From a bacterium (lineage in GTDB: Bacteria; UBA8248; JACPRG01; G963555815): a stretch of DNA of 64,000 bases. The notes below the pieces were generated by a model, which did no database searches, was not told the DNA's origin, and saw only the letters and a list, made by a program, of their open reading frames with translations. The position numbers were made by a program, and so were the translations under genes. The DNA is taken from assembly GCA_965218795.1 (NCBI GenBank), contig OZ244653.1, positions 5,056,001 through 5,120,000 of the forward strand, given 5' to 3'. Positions 28,709-38,135 of this stretch are shown here, piece after piece (positions within the stretch are counted from its first letter, which is position 1; each line of letters starts with the position of its first letter).

Positions 28709-29116
28709 TCAGTCTTTGGCCCAGAACGAGTACCCTGCATAGAACCGCTCGACGCGGTTCAGGGCGGCATCGGAGAGGCGGACGCCATCGACCTCCACCT
28801 CCCGGACCCCGGGCAGCTCGCGCAGCCGATGTCGGACGGCCAGGGCATAGGTGACCGACTTCAGCGCGCACCCGCGGCAGGCCCCCTGGAATTCCAGCCG
28901 GACGTCGCCGTCGGGCGACACGTCCAGGAGATCGATCCCTCCGCCGTGGATCTTCAGCAAGGGCCGGATCTGGTTTTCCAGGATGATCTCCACGTCCCGG
29001 CATAGCCGGGCGCAGCTCTTCCCCGGAAGCGTATCATGACCGGATTCTCCGGCCGGCCGGGCCGCCGCCTCGAGGGTACCCTCCCGTTCCGTCTGGCTGC
29101 CGGACCCCATCGTCAC
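28709..29116 (-). CDS. NifU C-terminal domain protein
   Basis: IRPLLKIHGGGI...FQGACRGC; overlaps the amidohydrolase stop. Confidence 0.8.
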   Translation of the reverse strand: MTMGSGSQTEREGTLEAAARPAGESGHDTLPGKSCARLCRDVEIILENQIRPLLKIHGGGIDLLDVSPDGDVRLEFQGACRGCALKSVTYALAVRHRLRELPGVREVEVDGVRLSDAALNRVERFYAGYSFWAKD

Positions 29117-30135
29117 GCCGCCGGCCCCAGTTCCTTCTTCTTGGCCTCGATGTCCACGCCGAACAGCCTGGCCTGGTTCTCTCCGAGGATTTTCCGCTTG
29201 TCCGCTTCGGTGATCCGGGGATAGCCGTACCGCTCCTGAAGCTCGTCGTCGATCTCCATTTTCCAGAACCAGTCGATCATGGGTTGGGGGTTCCCCAGCA
29301 GCGGGGCCTCCGAGCCCCAGAGGAGCCGGTCCGGGCCGACGTCCCGCAGCAGACGGCCCATGTACTCCTTGAATTGGTAGGGTGCAATCATGGGGAGGTG
29401 CATCGTTCCGGACAGAACCAGAACCACATTGGGAAAACGCGCGGCAATGTAGACCGTCTCTTCGAAATAGGGAAGGGCCAGGTGGTGGATGGCGAACGTC
29501 AGGTCGGGAAAGTCCATGGCGGCCTGTTGGATGTCGAGGGGGGTCAGGTCCTCCAGACGCGCCCGCGTGATGGGGAAACCCTTATGATATTGAAAGACGC
29601 TGACGCCCAGATCGCGGCCTTTCTCGTAAAGAGGATAGGCCAATTCCGGGTCGTCGCACCGCCATGAGCGGCCGTCGATGTGGGCGTTGTAGAATTTGAA
29701 GGAGCGCGCGCCCATCTCCTTCACCTGTTTCTCCATTTCATCCAGCGCTCCTTGCAGGCTGGGATACATGGGATCCACCCCGCCGCAAAAGAGCACCCTG
29801 TCGGGAAAGGCCCGGCTCATCTCGTACTGGGCCGTCACCGGCGAGAACCCTTCTTTATACACGTCATAGAGCACGACCGCCTGGGCCATGGCCATGTCGG
29901 TGCAGGATTCCTCGAAGACCAGCCGGCCGAGCGCCTCGACGTTCCATTTTTTGGCGAAACCGCCGATGGGGTCTCCACCGCCGTACCGGTCCGCCTGCCA
30001 CGGTTCCCTGCGGGCCTGACCGATCTTCAGGTGCCAGAGGCGATCCAGTCCGCTGTCTTCCCGGGCCAGATTGTCATCGGACAGGTCGTACATGTGCACG
30101 ACGTTATCAAAGACGAAAACATCATCCTTGAGCAT
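29113..30135 (-). CDS. amidohydrolase (Amidohydro_2 family)
   Basis: DNVVH, FKFY, YPLYEK, HKG, HLALP, LLWGSE, KRKILGENQARLFG; start set at ATG 30135. Confidence 0.88.
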   Translation of the reverse strand: MLKDDVFVFDNVVHMYDLSDDNLAREDSGLDRLWHLKIGQARREPWQADRYGGGDPIGGFAKKWNVEALGRLVFEESCTDMAMAQAVVLYDVYKEGFSPVTAQYEMSRAFPDRVLFCGGVDPMYPSLQGALDEMEKQVKEMGARSFKFYNAHIDGRSWRCDDPELAYPLYEKGRDLGVSVFQYHKGFPITRARLEDLTPLDIQQAAMDFPDLTFAIHHLALPYFEETVYIAARFPNVVLVLSGTMHLPMIAPYQFKEYMGRLLRDVGPDRLLWGSEAPLLGNPQPMIDWFWKMEIDDELQERYGYPRITEADKRKILGENQARLFGVDIEAKKKELGPAA

Positions 30136-30630
30136 GATCGTTTCCTCGAGAGCGGATGGATTGGGTCTTCCCTCGTGATTCGAAACCGTCCCGGATATTC
30201 CCGGGGTTCTCGACCGGTTCGCATGGATCCGATGTGCTTTCGATCCAACCCGATAGTAGCACAACCGCCCCGGCTGCCAGCCGGTTGCCAGGAGGAGCGC
30301 CGCGGTTTTCCATGCGGTCCAGGCTCCCGAAACCAAACCACCGCGAGGACGGCCGGGAGGACGAAGCTCAGCCGGGTTGACGGGAACGACGCCCCCCGCC
30401 TCGCCCCGGAACAGGGCCCCGATCAGAAGCACTATGGCTGTGGAGATGATGAGGCCGGCCGCCAGTCCGTGAGCCGCCAAGCCTGTATGGATAGGCGGGG
30501 CGAAAAGCCCATGTGGAGAATGAGGTGCGGATCGGCAGATTCCATCAGGGCCAGCAGGCAAAAGACCTGCGCAAACAGGCCGGATATAGAACTGCAACCT
30601 GATTGTCCGGAAACACCCAATCGTCCCTCG

Positions 30631-31170
30631 CAAACCGGGGACCCGCCCTATGGATCCCTGCCTGCGCAGGAATGACGGACATGCGCTCTCGAACCTCCCC
30701 ACCCGTCATTCCCGCCCCCGACGAAGACATTCGAGGGCAGGCCGCAGCGGGAATCCAGCAAAGGTCATGCTCTTGCCAAAACAAAAAGCCCCGGCGGAAC
30801 TTCCCCTCCACCGGGGCCTTCGGTTCAGGCCATGGACCGGGGACAGCCGTTTCTCTCGTGTTCCCGGCCCACATACTTTTGCTCGACTTACGCAATAATA
30901 TGGACCATCTGCTACAGCCTGTCAAGGAGATGTTTCGTTTTTATTTTGTTTTCCAAGGTTTCGGGCGATCAAAAAATCCGCCGGGGTGTACCAAACCGGG
31001 GACCCACCCCCTGGATTCCTGCCTGTGCAGGAATGACGGGCGGGTTGTCGGCCGGCAACACCGTGCAAGGCGTGTGCACGGGCGGTGCATTGGCCGTGCT
31101 GACGTTCCCGGGATCCGCTCCCTCTCCCCTGGGGAGAGGGTTGAGGTGAGGGGGGATATTGGCCGTGCAT
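30631..31170. repeat. cluster of palindromic repeats
   Basis: TGGAT(T/C)CCTGCCTG(C/T)GCAGGAATGAC at 30651 and 31012 (within a ~47-bp direct repeat), nested unit 30705-30757, REP-like 31117-31153. Confidence 0.75.
30778..30925 (-). ncRNA. candidate small RNA or attenuator leader (promoter, hairpin, intrinsic terminator)
   Basis: TTGACA(30925-30920)-17 nt-CATATTAT; hairpin 30833-30871; GC stem 30788-30817 followed by a U-tract on the minus strand. Confidence 0.5.
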
Positions 31171-31228
31171 CTTCGACTGCCCCCCCCGGCTCGGCTGCGG
31201 GCTTCGTCCTTGTCTTGCCGACTCTCCC

Positions 31229-32288
31229 TCAAGGGGGGAGGGATGGGCGGCGTGGCGTTCGAGGGCAGGCCCCGATACGTTGCCCAGGGCCTCGGTCGGT
31301 TGCAGGTGGAAAGTACTTCAAGAAAAGATCGGCGAGGTCGTTACCCTCGATCAAGCGTACCTGCCGGCGCGGCTCTTCCTTATTATGTTTGAGTAACGCT
31401 GCCTTGGCTGCCTCGCTACAGCGTCCCGTCGTAAGCAGGACACCGTAGTCGAGGGAGTTTTCCTCCCAGCCCTGAAGCAATTGTTCCAGCTTGGACTGGA
31501 GATCCAATTCCTCGACGGTTCCTTGGAAAGCGAATGCCTGCACACCGATCCGTAACCCGTCCTCGGGCAAGAGGGGGTTGTCTACCGTGACAACGACATC
31601 CGAGCCAGCTTCACTGGGGCCTTCCTGCACCTCTGAGGAGTAGCCCATGCGATCGAAGAGGTCGGAACAGAACTGCCTAGACAGATCGGCCCTACTGAAC
31701 TCCCTGTGGAGCGCGTCGGGAAGGTTTCCTCGAAGCTCATTGTGAATCCTCCGCACGCTCGCCCGATTCGAGCCGTCTTGCCGGCGTCCTGCTTCTGGGA
31801 GATCCTCTAAGAATGTGAAAAATGAGATGGTATCGTATACTTTTGAGAACCGTCCCGGACGCCCCAGACGATAGCGGAGCTGAGCTGGAACGATCTCGTC
31901 GTACATGTCAACCGGCTCCGGTGTCTTAAGCGAGCAAGGTCTGAATGACCGGAAGTCCCCGCTGAGGCCGTCCTGATTCGGTGGAGTAGTCGTATTCCCC
32001 TGTGACTTGAACAACAGAGAAGCGTCCTCTCTCTGGCTGATTCGGATAGAGGAGATAGTCTCCCACTTCGACTCGGGTAAGGAATCCCAAGCATCTCTTG
32101 GCAGCTTGTTCGTCTTCATTCAGCGTCTCTCCCTGCTTGATCTTCCTAAGAAGCAAGCGCAGGTCGAGATAGTCTTCGTAGGACCAACCTATCCTCGCTC
32201 GGCCGGCTTGCAGTTCATCGAAAACACCGGGAATTGGCTGTCCGTCGTGTACTGTTCTCACCACAAAAACTGCCGGCACCTTTGCCAC
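31229..32288 (-). pseudogene. Mrr-like restriction endonuclease, frameshifted at about 31978
   Basis: N-terminal ARIGWS...VTGEYDY frame continues +1 into DLFDRMGY..GSDVVV..GVQAF..VRLIEGNDLADLFLKY; lower GC. Confidence 0.7.
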
Positions 32289-32540
32289 CTCCTATTTTAT
32301 TGGGTTTTGCGAAGGAGATACATCGTTTCTCGATGGGTTAAGCGAAAATGGGCGGTGAATTTCGGAGGAGATACATGATTTTTTGCTGGTGCCGCGCGCC
32401 CTGGTCGGACGCTTGATCTAGTGGACTCCGTACTTATCTATGCTGATGCTCTCTTTTTCGTCCTGGTTTCCGCCACCTGAGACCGATTGCGGGACCATCG
32501 ATGCCGGAGCCAATGGTGCGGGGGAAGCGAAAATGTCCGG

Positions 32541-33347
32541 TCAGCCCTTCTGCTTGGCCTCTTCCCAGAGGGCGTCCAAGGTCTCCGGATCCGCCTCCCG
32601 CGGAGAGAGGCCGCGCTTGGCGAGGCTCTCTTCGATGTAGCGGAAGCGCTCCATGAATCGGGAGACCGAAACACGCAGGGCCCCCTCGGCGTCCGCCTTC
32701 AGGTGACGGGCGACGTTGACCACCGAGAAGAGGAGATCCCCCAGCTCCCGCTCGATTTCGCCCGGTCCTTCCCCCCGGACGGCGGTCTCGAGTTCGCCGA
32801 CCTCCTCCCGGACCTTCGCCATCGGCCCATCGGCCTCCTTCCAGTCGAACCCGACGCGGCCCGCTTTCGTCTGGACCCGCTGGGCCTTGAGCAGCGCGGG
32901 CAGGGACGACGGGACGCCGTCGAAGACCGAGGGCGGCCGGTCGGCCTCGCCATTCTCTCCGCTCTCCTTGACCCGCTCGGCCAGCTTGATGGCCTCCCAG
33001 TTCCGGAGAACCTTGTCGGGGGTGTCGGCCTGGACGTCGCCGAAGACGTGGGGGTGGCGCCGCACGAGTTTTTCGTGGACGCGGCCCACGACGTCCTCGA
33101 TGGTGAAGCGGCCCTCCTCGGTCCCGACCTGCGCGTGGAAGACTACCTGGAGGAGAAGGTCGCCCAGCTCCTCCACGAGCTTGTCTTCAGAGCCTTGTTC
33201 GATGGCCTCGATGACCTCGTGGGCTTCTTCGATCAGATAGGGCCGCAGCGTCTTGTGGGTCTGTTCCCGGTCCCAAGGACACCCTCCCTCGGCGCGGAGT
33301 CGGGCCATGATTTCGACCAGATCCTCGAAGGGCCTGGGCTGGGTCAT
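32541..33347 (-). CDS. mazG: nucleoside triphosphate pyrophosphohydrolase
   Basis: GCPWDREQT, EELGDLLLQVVFHA, KLVRRHPHVF, ELGDLLFSVVN. Confidence 0.95.
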   Translation of the reverse strand: MTQPRPFEDLVEIMARLRAEGGCPWDREQTHKTLRPYLIEEAHEVIEAIEQGSEDKLVEELGDLLLQVVFHAQVGTEEGRFTIEDVVGRVHEKLVRRHPHVFGDVQADTPDKVLRNWEAIKLAERVKESGENGEADRPPSVFDGVPSSLPALLKAQRVQTKAGRVGFDWKEADGPMAKVREEVGELETAVRGEGPGEIERELGDLLFSVVNVARHLKADAEGALRVSVSRFMERFRYIEESLAKRGLSPREADPETLDALWEEAKQKG

Positions 33348-33461
33348 GATTTCGGTTTCCTTTCGGGGAATTTTGGCGTATATTAGGTATTATCCATTCG
33401 ATCGATGCATTATACGGTCTTTCGGGTCATCCGCAAAGTGAGAGATTGTATTTGCGGATAG

Positions 33462-33508
33462 CCACGATATTTTGTGTAGATTTATAAAAAAATATCAACA
33501 TCTGGTAT
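33462..33508. promoter_or_regulatory. tandem NrdR-box matches
   Basis: ccaCgAtATtTtGtgt (33462) and tatCaAcATcTgGtat (33493) versus consensus acaCwAtATaTwGtgt; 31-bp offset; TTGACT at 33516. Confidence 0.65.
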
Positions 33509-33617
33509 TTTTTGCTTGACTATTGAATTAACGGGGCGCTATCGTCGCGATACTCCGAATCGAGTCCGCCCGGAAATGCCGTTGCCTGGCCTCCCGTCAT
33601 CAGGGTGCTCATGACCC

Positions 33618-35537
33618 ATGGAGACGCGAATACATGTCATGCCGGCGCCGCTCGCGAACCAGATCGCCGCGGGCGAGGTCGTCGAGCGTCCGGCTTCTGT
33701 CGTCAAGGAGCTGATCGAGAACGCGCTGGACGCCGGAGCCCGCCGCATCGAGGTCGAGGTCGCCGGGGGCGGGACACACCGCATCCTCGTGGCCGACGAC
33801 GGCGAGGGGATGGCGGGCGAAGACGCCTTGCTGGCCTTTCACCGCCACGCCACGAGCAAGGTCCGGCGGGCCGAGGACCTGCACGCGCTCTCCACCCTCG
33901 GCTTCCGGGGCGAGGCCCTGCCGAGCATCGCATCGGTTTCGCGCACCACCCTCATTACGCGCCCCCGCGCTTTTGGCGGGGAAGGCTCCGCTCCTTCGAT
34001 CGGGACGCGGGTCATCGTCGAGGGCGGAAAGGAAGTCGGCGTCCGGGAGGCCGCGGCGCCGTCGGGCACGACCGTCGAAGTCCGGGATCTTTTCTACAAC
34101 ACCCCGGCGCGGCGGAAGTTCCTCAAGAGCGAGCGGACAGAGGTCACGCGGGTCGTCGAGGCGGTCACGAACGCCGCCCTGACCTTCCCGGGCGTCGCCT
34201 TCCGCCTTCGCAGCGAGAAGCGGATGCTCATTGATTGGCCCCCGGCGGACCGGGCGGGACGCGCGCGCGCGGTCCTTCAGGGCCGGGAGGCCGAGGGACT
34301 GTTTCCCCTGCCCGAGCCGCGGGGGCCGGGCGAGTCCGTCCGGGTCGAGGGGTTTGCGTCCACGCCCTCCGTCACCCGCGCGGGGCGCTCCTGCCAGCAT
34401 GTGATCATCAATGGCCGCTACGTCCGGGACCGCACGGTCGTCAACGCGTCGTACGACGTCTACCGGGGGCTGATCCCCGCCGGCCGGCACCCGCTGCTCT
34501 TCCTCTATCTGACGCTTGACCCGGCGGACCTTGACGTCAACGTCCATCCGGCCAAGGCGGAGGTCCGGTTCCGGGATGCGGGTCGCGTGTTCCCAGCGGT
34601 CCGCCGCGCGCTGGGCGAGGGTTTGGTTCGGGCCTCGGGGGTCATCGGCGTGACCGGTCCGGCTCCGCCCGCGGATGACGCTGCCGAGCCGCCGCCCTCC
34701 CCGGAATCGGCAACAGGGGCGAAGGTCTATCCTCTGCGGCGTCCGGCGGACAGGACCGAGCCGGGGACCTCCACCCGGCCCGGGCGCTGGAGTTTCACGG
34801 TGCCGGCCGGCCGGGCGGCCGGGTCGGGACGCGTGCCGGGCTGGGCCCGGGGCCCGGCCGCGGCTTCCGCGGAACCGGCTTCCGAACCGGCGCCGGAGGC
34901 CCTTCCTCCCGGCGACCCGCTGCCGCTCCTGGACGCGGCGGCCCCCAAGCGCCTGCTCTCCGAGGTCCGCGTCATCGGCCAGCTCCACGGGACGTTCATC
35001 CTGCTGGAGCATCCGTCCGGGCTTCTGGTCATGGATCAGCACACGGCGCACGAGCGGGTGCTGTTCGCGCGGCTGAAGGAGAAGGCCGACGCCGGGCGTG
35101 TCGAGCGCCAGGCCCTCCTGCTCCCCGTGGACCTGGAGGTCTCGCCCGCCGAGGAAGCGTTGCTGGCCGACCGGCTCGGCGACCTGGAGCGGCTCGGGCT
35201 GGTGGTGGAGCCCTTCGGTCCGGGAGCGTTCATCGTGCGGGAGGTCCCGGCCCTGCTCGATTGCGTGAGCCCGACCGATCTCGTCCGTGAGGTCATCGAA
35301 GGAATGGACGAGGGGGGCGGGCGGAGGAAGGACTTCTCGGACTTGGCGGAAGGTCTGATCGACCGGATGGCCTGCCGGGGGGCGGTCAAGGCCCGTCACC
35401 CGCTGGAGAAAGAGGAGATCGAGCACCTGGTGCGCGAGTGCCTGGAGCTGGACCTTTTGTTCACGTGCCCGCACGGCCGGCCCATTACGCTCGTCCTGCC
35501 GAAGGAGGAGGTCGAGCGGCGGTTTTTGCGAAGGTGA
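33618..35537 (+). CDS. mutL: DNA mismatch repair endonuclease MutL
   Basis: IAAGEVVERPASVVKELIEN, GFRGEAL, DVNVHP, DQHTAHER, ACR, CPHGRP. Confidence 0.96.
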   Translation: METRIHVMPAPLANQIAAGEVVERPASVVKELIENALDAGARRIEVEVAGGGTHRILVADDGEGMAGEDALLAFHRHATSKVRRAEDLHALSTLGFRGEALPSIASVSRTTLITRPRAFGGEGSAPSIGTRVIVEGGKEVGVREAAAPSGTTVEVRDLFYNTPARRKFLKSERTEVTRVVEAVTNAALTFPGVAFRLRSEKRMLIDWPPADRAGRARAVLQGREAEGLFPLPEPRGPGESVRVEGFASTPSVTRAGRSCQHVIINGRYVRDRTVVNASYDVYRGLIPAGRHPLLFLYLTLDPADLDVNVHPAKAEVRFRDAGRVFPAVRRALGEGLVRASGVIGVTGPAPPADDAAEPPPSPESATGAKVYPLRRPADRTEPGTSTRPGRWSFTVPAGRAAGSGRVPGWARGPAAASAEPASEPAPEALPPGDPLPLLDAAAPKRLLSEVRVIGQLHGTFILLEHPSGLLVMDQHTAHERVLFARLKEKADAGRVERQALLLPVDLEVSPAEEALLADRLGDLERLGLVVEPFGPGAFIVREVPALLDCVSPTDLVREVIEGMDEGGGRRKDFSDLAEGLIDRMACRGAVKARHPLEKEEIEHLVRECLELDLLFTCPHGRPITLVLPKEEVERRFLRR

Positions 35538-35541
35538 GGGA

Positions 35542-36426
35542 TTGCAGGATGTGGATCGCGCAAGTGTCGGATCGGACAAGGTGAGTGAATCTCTGCAAAC
35601 GGGAGACAGTTCAGCGGCCCCATTCCTTAAATGGGCCGGTGGCAAGACACAACTTCTGCGACAGTTCGAGCCGTTTTTCCCGAAGAAAATGAATCGATAC
35701 ATCGAACCGTTTCTGGGAAGCGCTGCCGTGTTCTTTTTTATCCAGAAGCGATTCAGGCCGTTCCAGATGATTCTGGCGGACAACAATGATGAGCTGATCA
35801 ACGCGTACAGCGCTGTACGGGATGACGTAGAGAAATTAGTTGCGTTCCTGAAGGAACATCGGGAACGACACTGCAAAGAATACTATTATGAGATCCGGGC
35901 GATGAGACCCAAGAATCTTGCCGTGACTCAGCGCGCAGCGCGTTTCATTTATTTGAATAAGACCTGCTATAACGGTCTTTACCGTGTAAACTCCCGCGGA
36001 GAGTTCAATGTCCCGATGGGAAGCTATAAGGATCCAAAGATTTTCGACCCCGTCAATATGCGCTTGGTGAGCCGATGTCTTCAACACGTGCAACTCGATT
36101 GTCGGACATTCGATGAGTTTGCAGGTTTTGCCGAAAGCGGAGATTTTTTCTATTTCGACCCGCCTTATCACCCATTGTCCGCGACATCGAGTTTTACATC
36201 ATATACTCCCGAATCCTTTACGATGGAGGATCAGCAGCGTCTCAGTCATGTATATCGAAAACTGGATAAAAAGGGATGTCTTCTCATGCTAAGCAATAGT
36301 GACAGCGAATTCATCCGCAGTCTTTATAAAGGATTCAAGCTGGAAACGGTTCAAGCCCGAAGGGCCATTAATTCAAATGGACAACGGCGCTCATCCATTT
36401 CTGAATTGTTGGTCAAGAATTACTGA
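35542..36426 (+). CDS. Dam/DpnM-type (D12 class) DNA adenine methyltransferase
   Basis: PFLKWAGGK, EPFLGS, FIYLNKTCYNGLYRVN..FNVP, YFDPPY, LSNS; lower GC than flanks. Confidence 0.93.
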   Translation: MQDVDRASVGSDKVSESLQTGDSSAAPFLKWAGGKTQLLRQFEPFFPKKMNRYIEPFLGSAAVFFFIQKRFRPFQMILADNNDELINAYSAVRDDVEKLVAFLKEHRERHCKEYYYEIRAMRPKNLAVTQRAARFIYLNKTCYNGLYRVNSRGEFNVPMGSYKDPKIFDPVNMRLVSRCLQHVQLDCRTFDEFAGFAESGDFFYFDPPYHPLSATSSFTSYTPESFTMEDQQRLSHVYRKLDKKGCLLMLSNSDSEFIRSLYKGFKLETVQARRAINSNGQRRSSISELLVKNY

Positions 36427-36516
36427 AACAGCGGGACATTGGATAGAATGGTGTGTTCCCCAGGCTGATGATCTAGAGAAGGTCAGCCTATTGCCGATGA
36501 AGATAAGAGATGGGCA

Positions 36517-37320
36517 GTGAGTAGCAGTCGCATTGCCAAAGAGTTTGGTTTCACTGCTCGACAAGCGAGTTATTACCGTCATGCAGCAGAGACCCTTGGG
36601 TTGGTCAGGAAGAATTATTCTTTGACATCGTTGGGTAAGAAATATGTAGAACTGACTGGAGAAGGAAGGAGGAAACTTCTACTTGCACGGGTATGCACGT
36701 TGCCTTTAGTGAAAGAGATATTAAGAAGCGAGAAGAGGGGTGTAGAGATAAATGTTCAACGGATAGCAAATATCATTCAACGAGAAACAGGTTTAGCGCG
36801 AACCACTTCTCGTAGGCGGGCGCAGACTCTTATGGCTTGGTTAACGCCGCGAACCCTTATGGAAATTCGATCCTGCGATCTGCCGGATGCATCACAACCC
36901 CCGGCTCCTCCTGGGCCTGACATCATGAGAAGGATCTCTAGTTTAAACCGGAAATATCAACACATGGTACCGGAAAGGAGAGAACGTGTTTCAAACGAGG
37001 TAGAGCGGGCACCTCAAGTCTCCCGGTGGCTCAAAGTATTTCGAGATTATACCTGTCAAATTTGCGGTACCGAAGGGTTCCACACGAAGGATAACAGCAG
37101 GTACGTCGAAGTTCACCACATACAAGAGTTACACAAGCTTCTGCCCAAAAGCCTGTGTAGCGAAAATGTACTCGTCGTTTGTGCGAATTGTCATCGCAAA
37201 ATACATTTTGCAGATGTCGAAATCAGTGCCGATCCCAATGCCCCCCGAGTTCTTCGAATTTCGATCAACGACAATGAGTTCATTGTCGAGCGAAATGCGA
37301 TAAGCGAAGAGGTTCTATGA
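36517..37320 (+). CDS. winged-helix-like + McrA-type HNH endonuclease
   Basis: RQASYY..AA..LGLV, TTSRRRAQTL..W; CQIC..YVEVHHI..NVLVVCANCHRKIH. Confidence 0.8.
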   Translation: MSSSRIAKEFGFTARQASYYRHAAETLGLVRKNYSLTSLGKKYVELTGEGRRKLLLARVCTLPLVKEILRSEKRGVEINVQRIANIIQRETGLARTTSRRRAQTLMAWLTPRTLMEIRSCDLPDASQPPAPPGPDIMRRISSLNRKYQHMVPERRERVSNEVERAPQVSRWLKVFRDYTCQICGTEGFHTKDNSRYVEVHHIQELHKLLPKSLCSENVLVVCANCHRKIHFADVEISADPNAPRVLRISINDNEFIVERNAISEEVL

Positions 37321-37475
37321 CGGATGACACTGGAATATCGCTTAAGCATTGAACTCCCGAAGTTGGATGACACGCCGTCCCCTCGGACGGCTTCCGTCGG
37401 CCTTCGGGAGAGCCGTGTCCACGATGTCGGGTTGACCCGCGAGGCCCCGAACCGCCGGGGGAACGGAAATCCGTC

Positions 37476-38135
37476 ATGAAGGACGAAGCGCTCCGAAGCT
37501 ATCCGACGATGACGGCCCTGCTGGAGAAGGAAATCGAAGGCGTGGATTTCGAGATCGAAATGGTCGAGCGGGGCTCATCCGTGGCGGTCCTGGCGCTGCA
37601 CGGCGGGGCCATCGAGCCCGGAACCGATAGCCTGGCCAGGGCCGTCGCCGGGGAGGACTTCAGCTTCTACGCCTTCCGCTCCCTGGTCCCGGACAAGGGG
37701 AGGCTTCACCACGTGACGAGCCACCGTTTCGACGAGCCCCGCTGCCAGTCCCTCGCCCGACGCGCGCGTGTCGCGTTGTCCATTCACGGTCACGACGGCG
37801 CGCCGCCCTGGGTGTTCCCCGGCGGGCGCAACATGGGCCTGCGGAAGATGGTCATGGACGCCCTGATCCGCCGCGGCGTTCCGGTCCGTTTCGCCCCGCG
37901 GCTGCGGGGGATGCGCAAGCGCAACGTCGTCAACCTGCCGGAGACGGCGGGCGTCCAGCTCGAGGTCACCTGGGGATTGCGGCAGGAATGGGTAACCCCC
38001 CTGTCCGTCGAAGCCTGGGCGGAGGGCCGCCTGACGGACCGCGGCGCGGAGGTCGTTTCGTCCCTGCGCGATGTGCTGCGGGCCGCCGACGGCGGCACGG
38101 CCGGATCCCGGGCCGCGGGCGGAGAATCGGAATGA
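37476..38135 (+). CDS. poly-gamma-glutamate hydrolase family (DUF867/YjqB-like)
   Basis: ALHGGAIEPGT, HVTSHRFDEP, SIHG, NVVN..GVQLE. Confidence 0.85.
   Translation: MKDEALRSYPTMTALLEKEIEGVDFEIEMVERGSSVAVLALHGGAIEPGTDSLARAVAGEDFSFYAFRSLVPDKGRLHHVTSHRFDEPRCQSLARRARVALSIHGHDGAPPWVFPGGRNMGLRKMVMDALIRRGVPVRFAPRLRGMRKRNVVNLPETAGVQLEVTWGLRQEWVTPLSVEAWAEGRLTDRGAEVVSSLRDVLRAADGGTAGSRAAGGESE

Noticed and set aside
30300-30600. Possible membrane-gene relic (GLAAGLIISTAIVLLIGALF)
   Set aside because: A single hydrophobic stretch with no assignable family
33609-35876. 755-aa minus-strand ORF and other long antisense ORFs
   Set aside because: Shadows of GC-rich genes (here mutL) with no recognisable motifs
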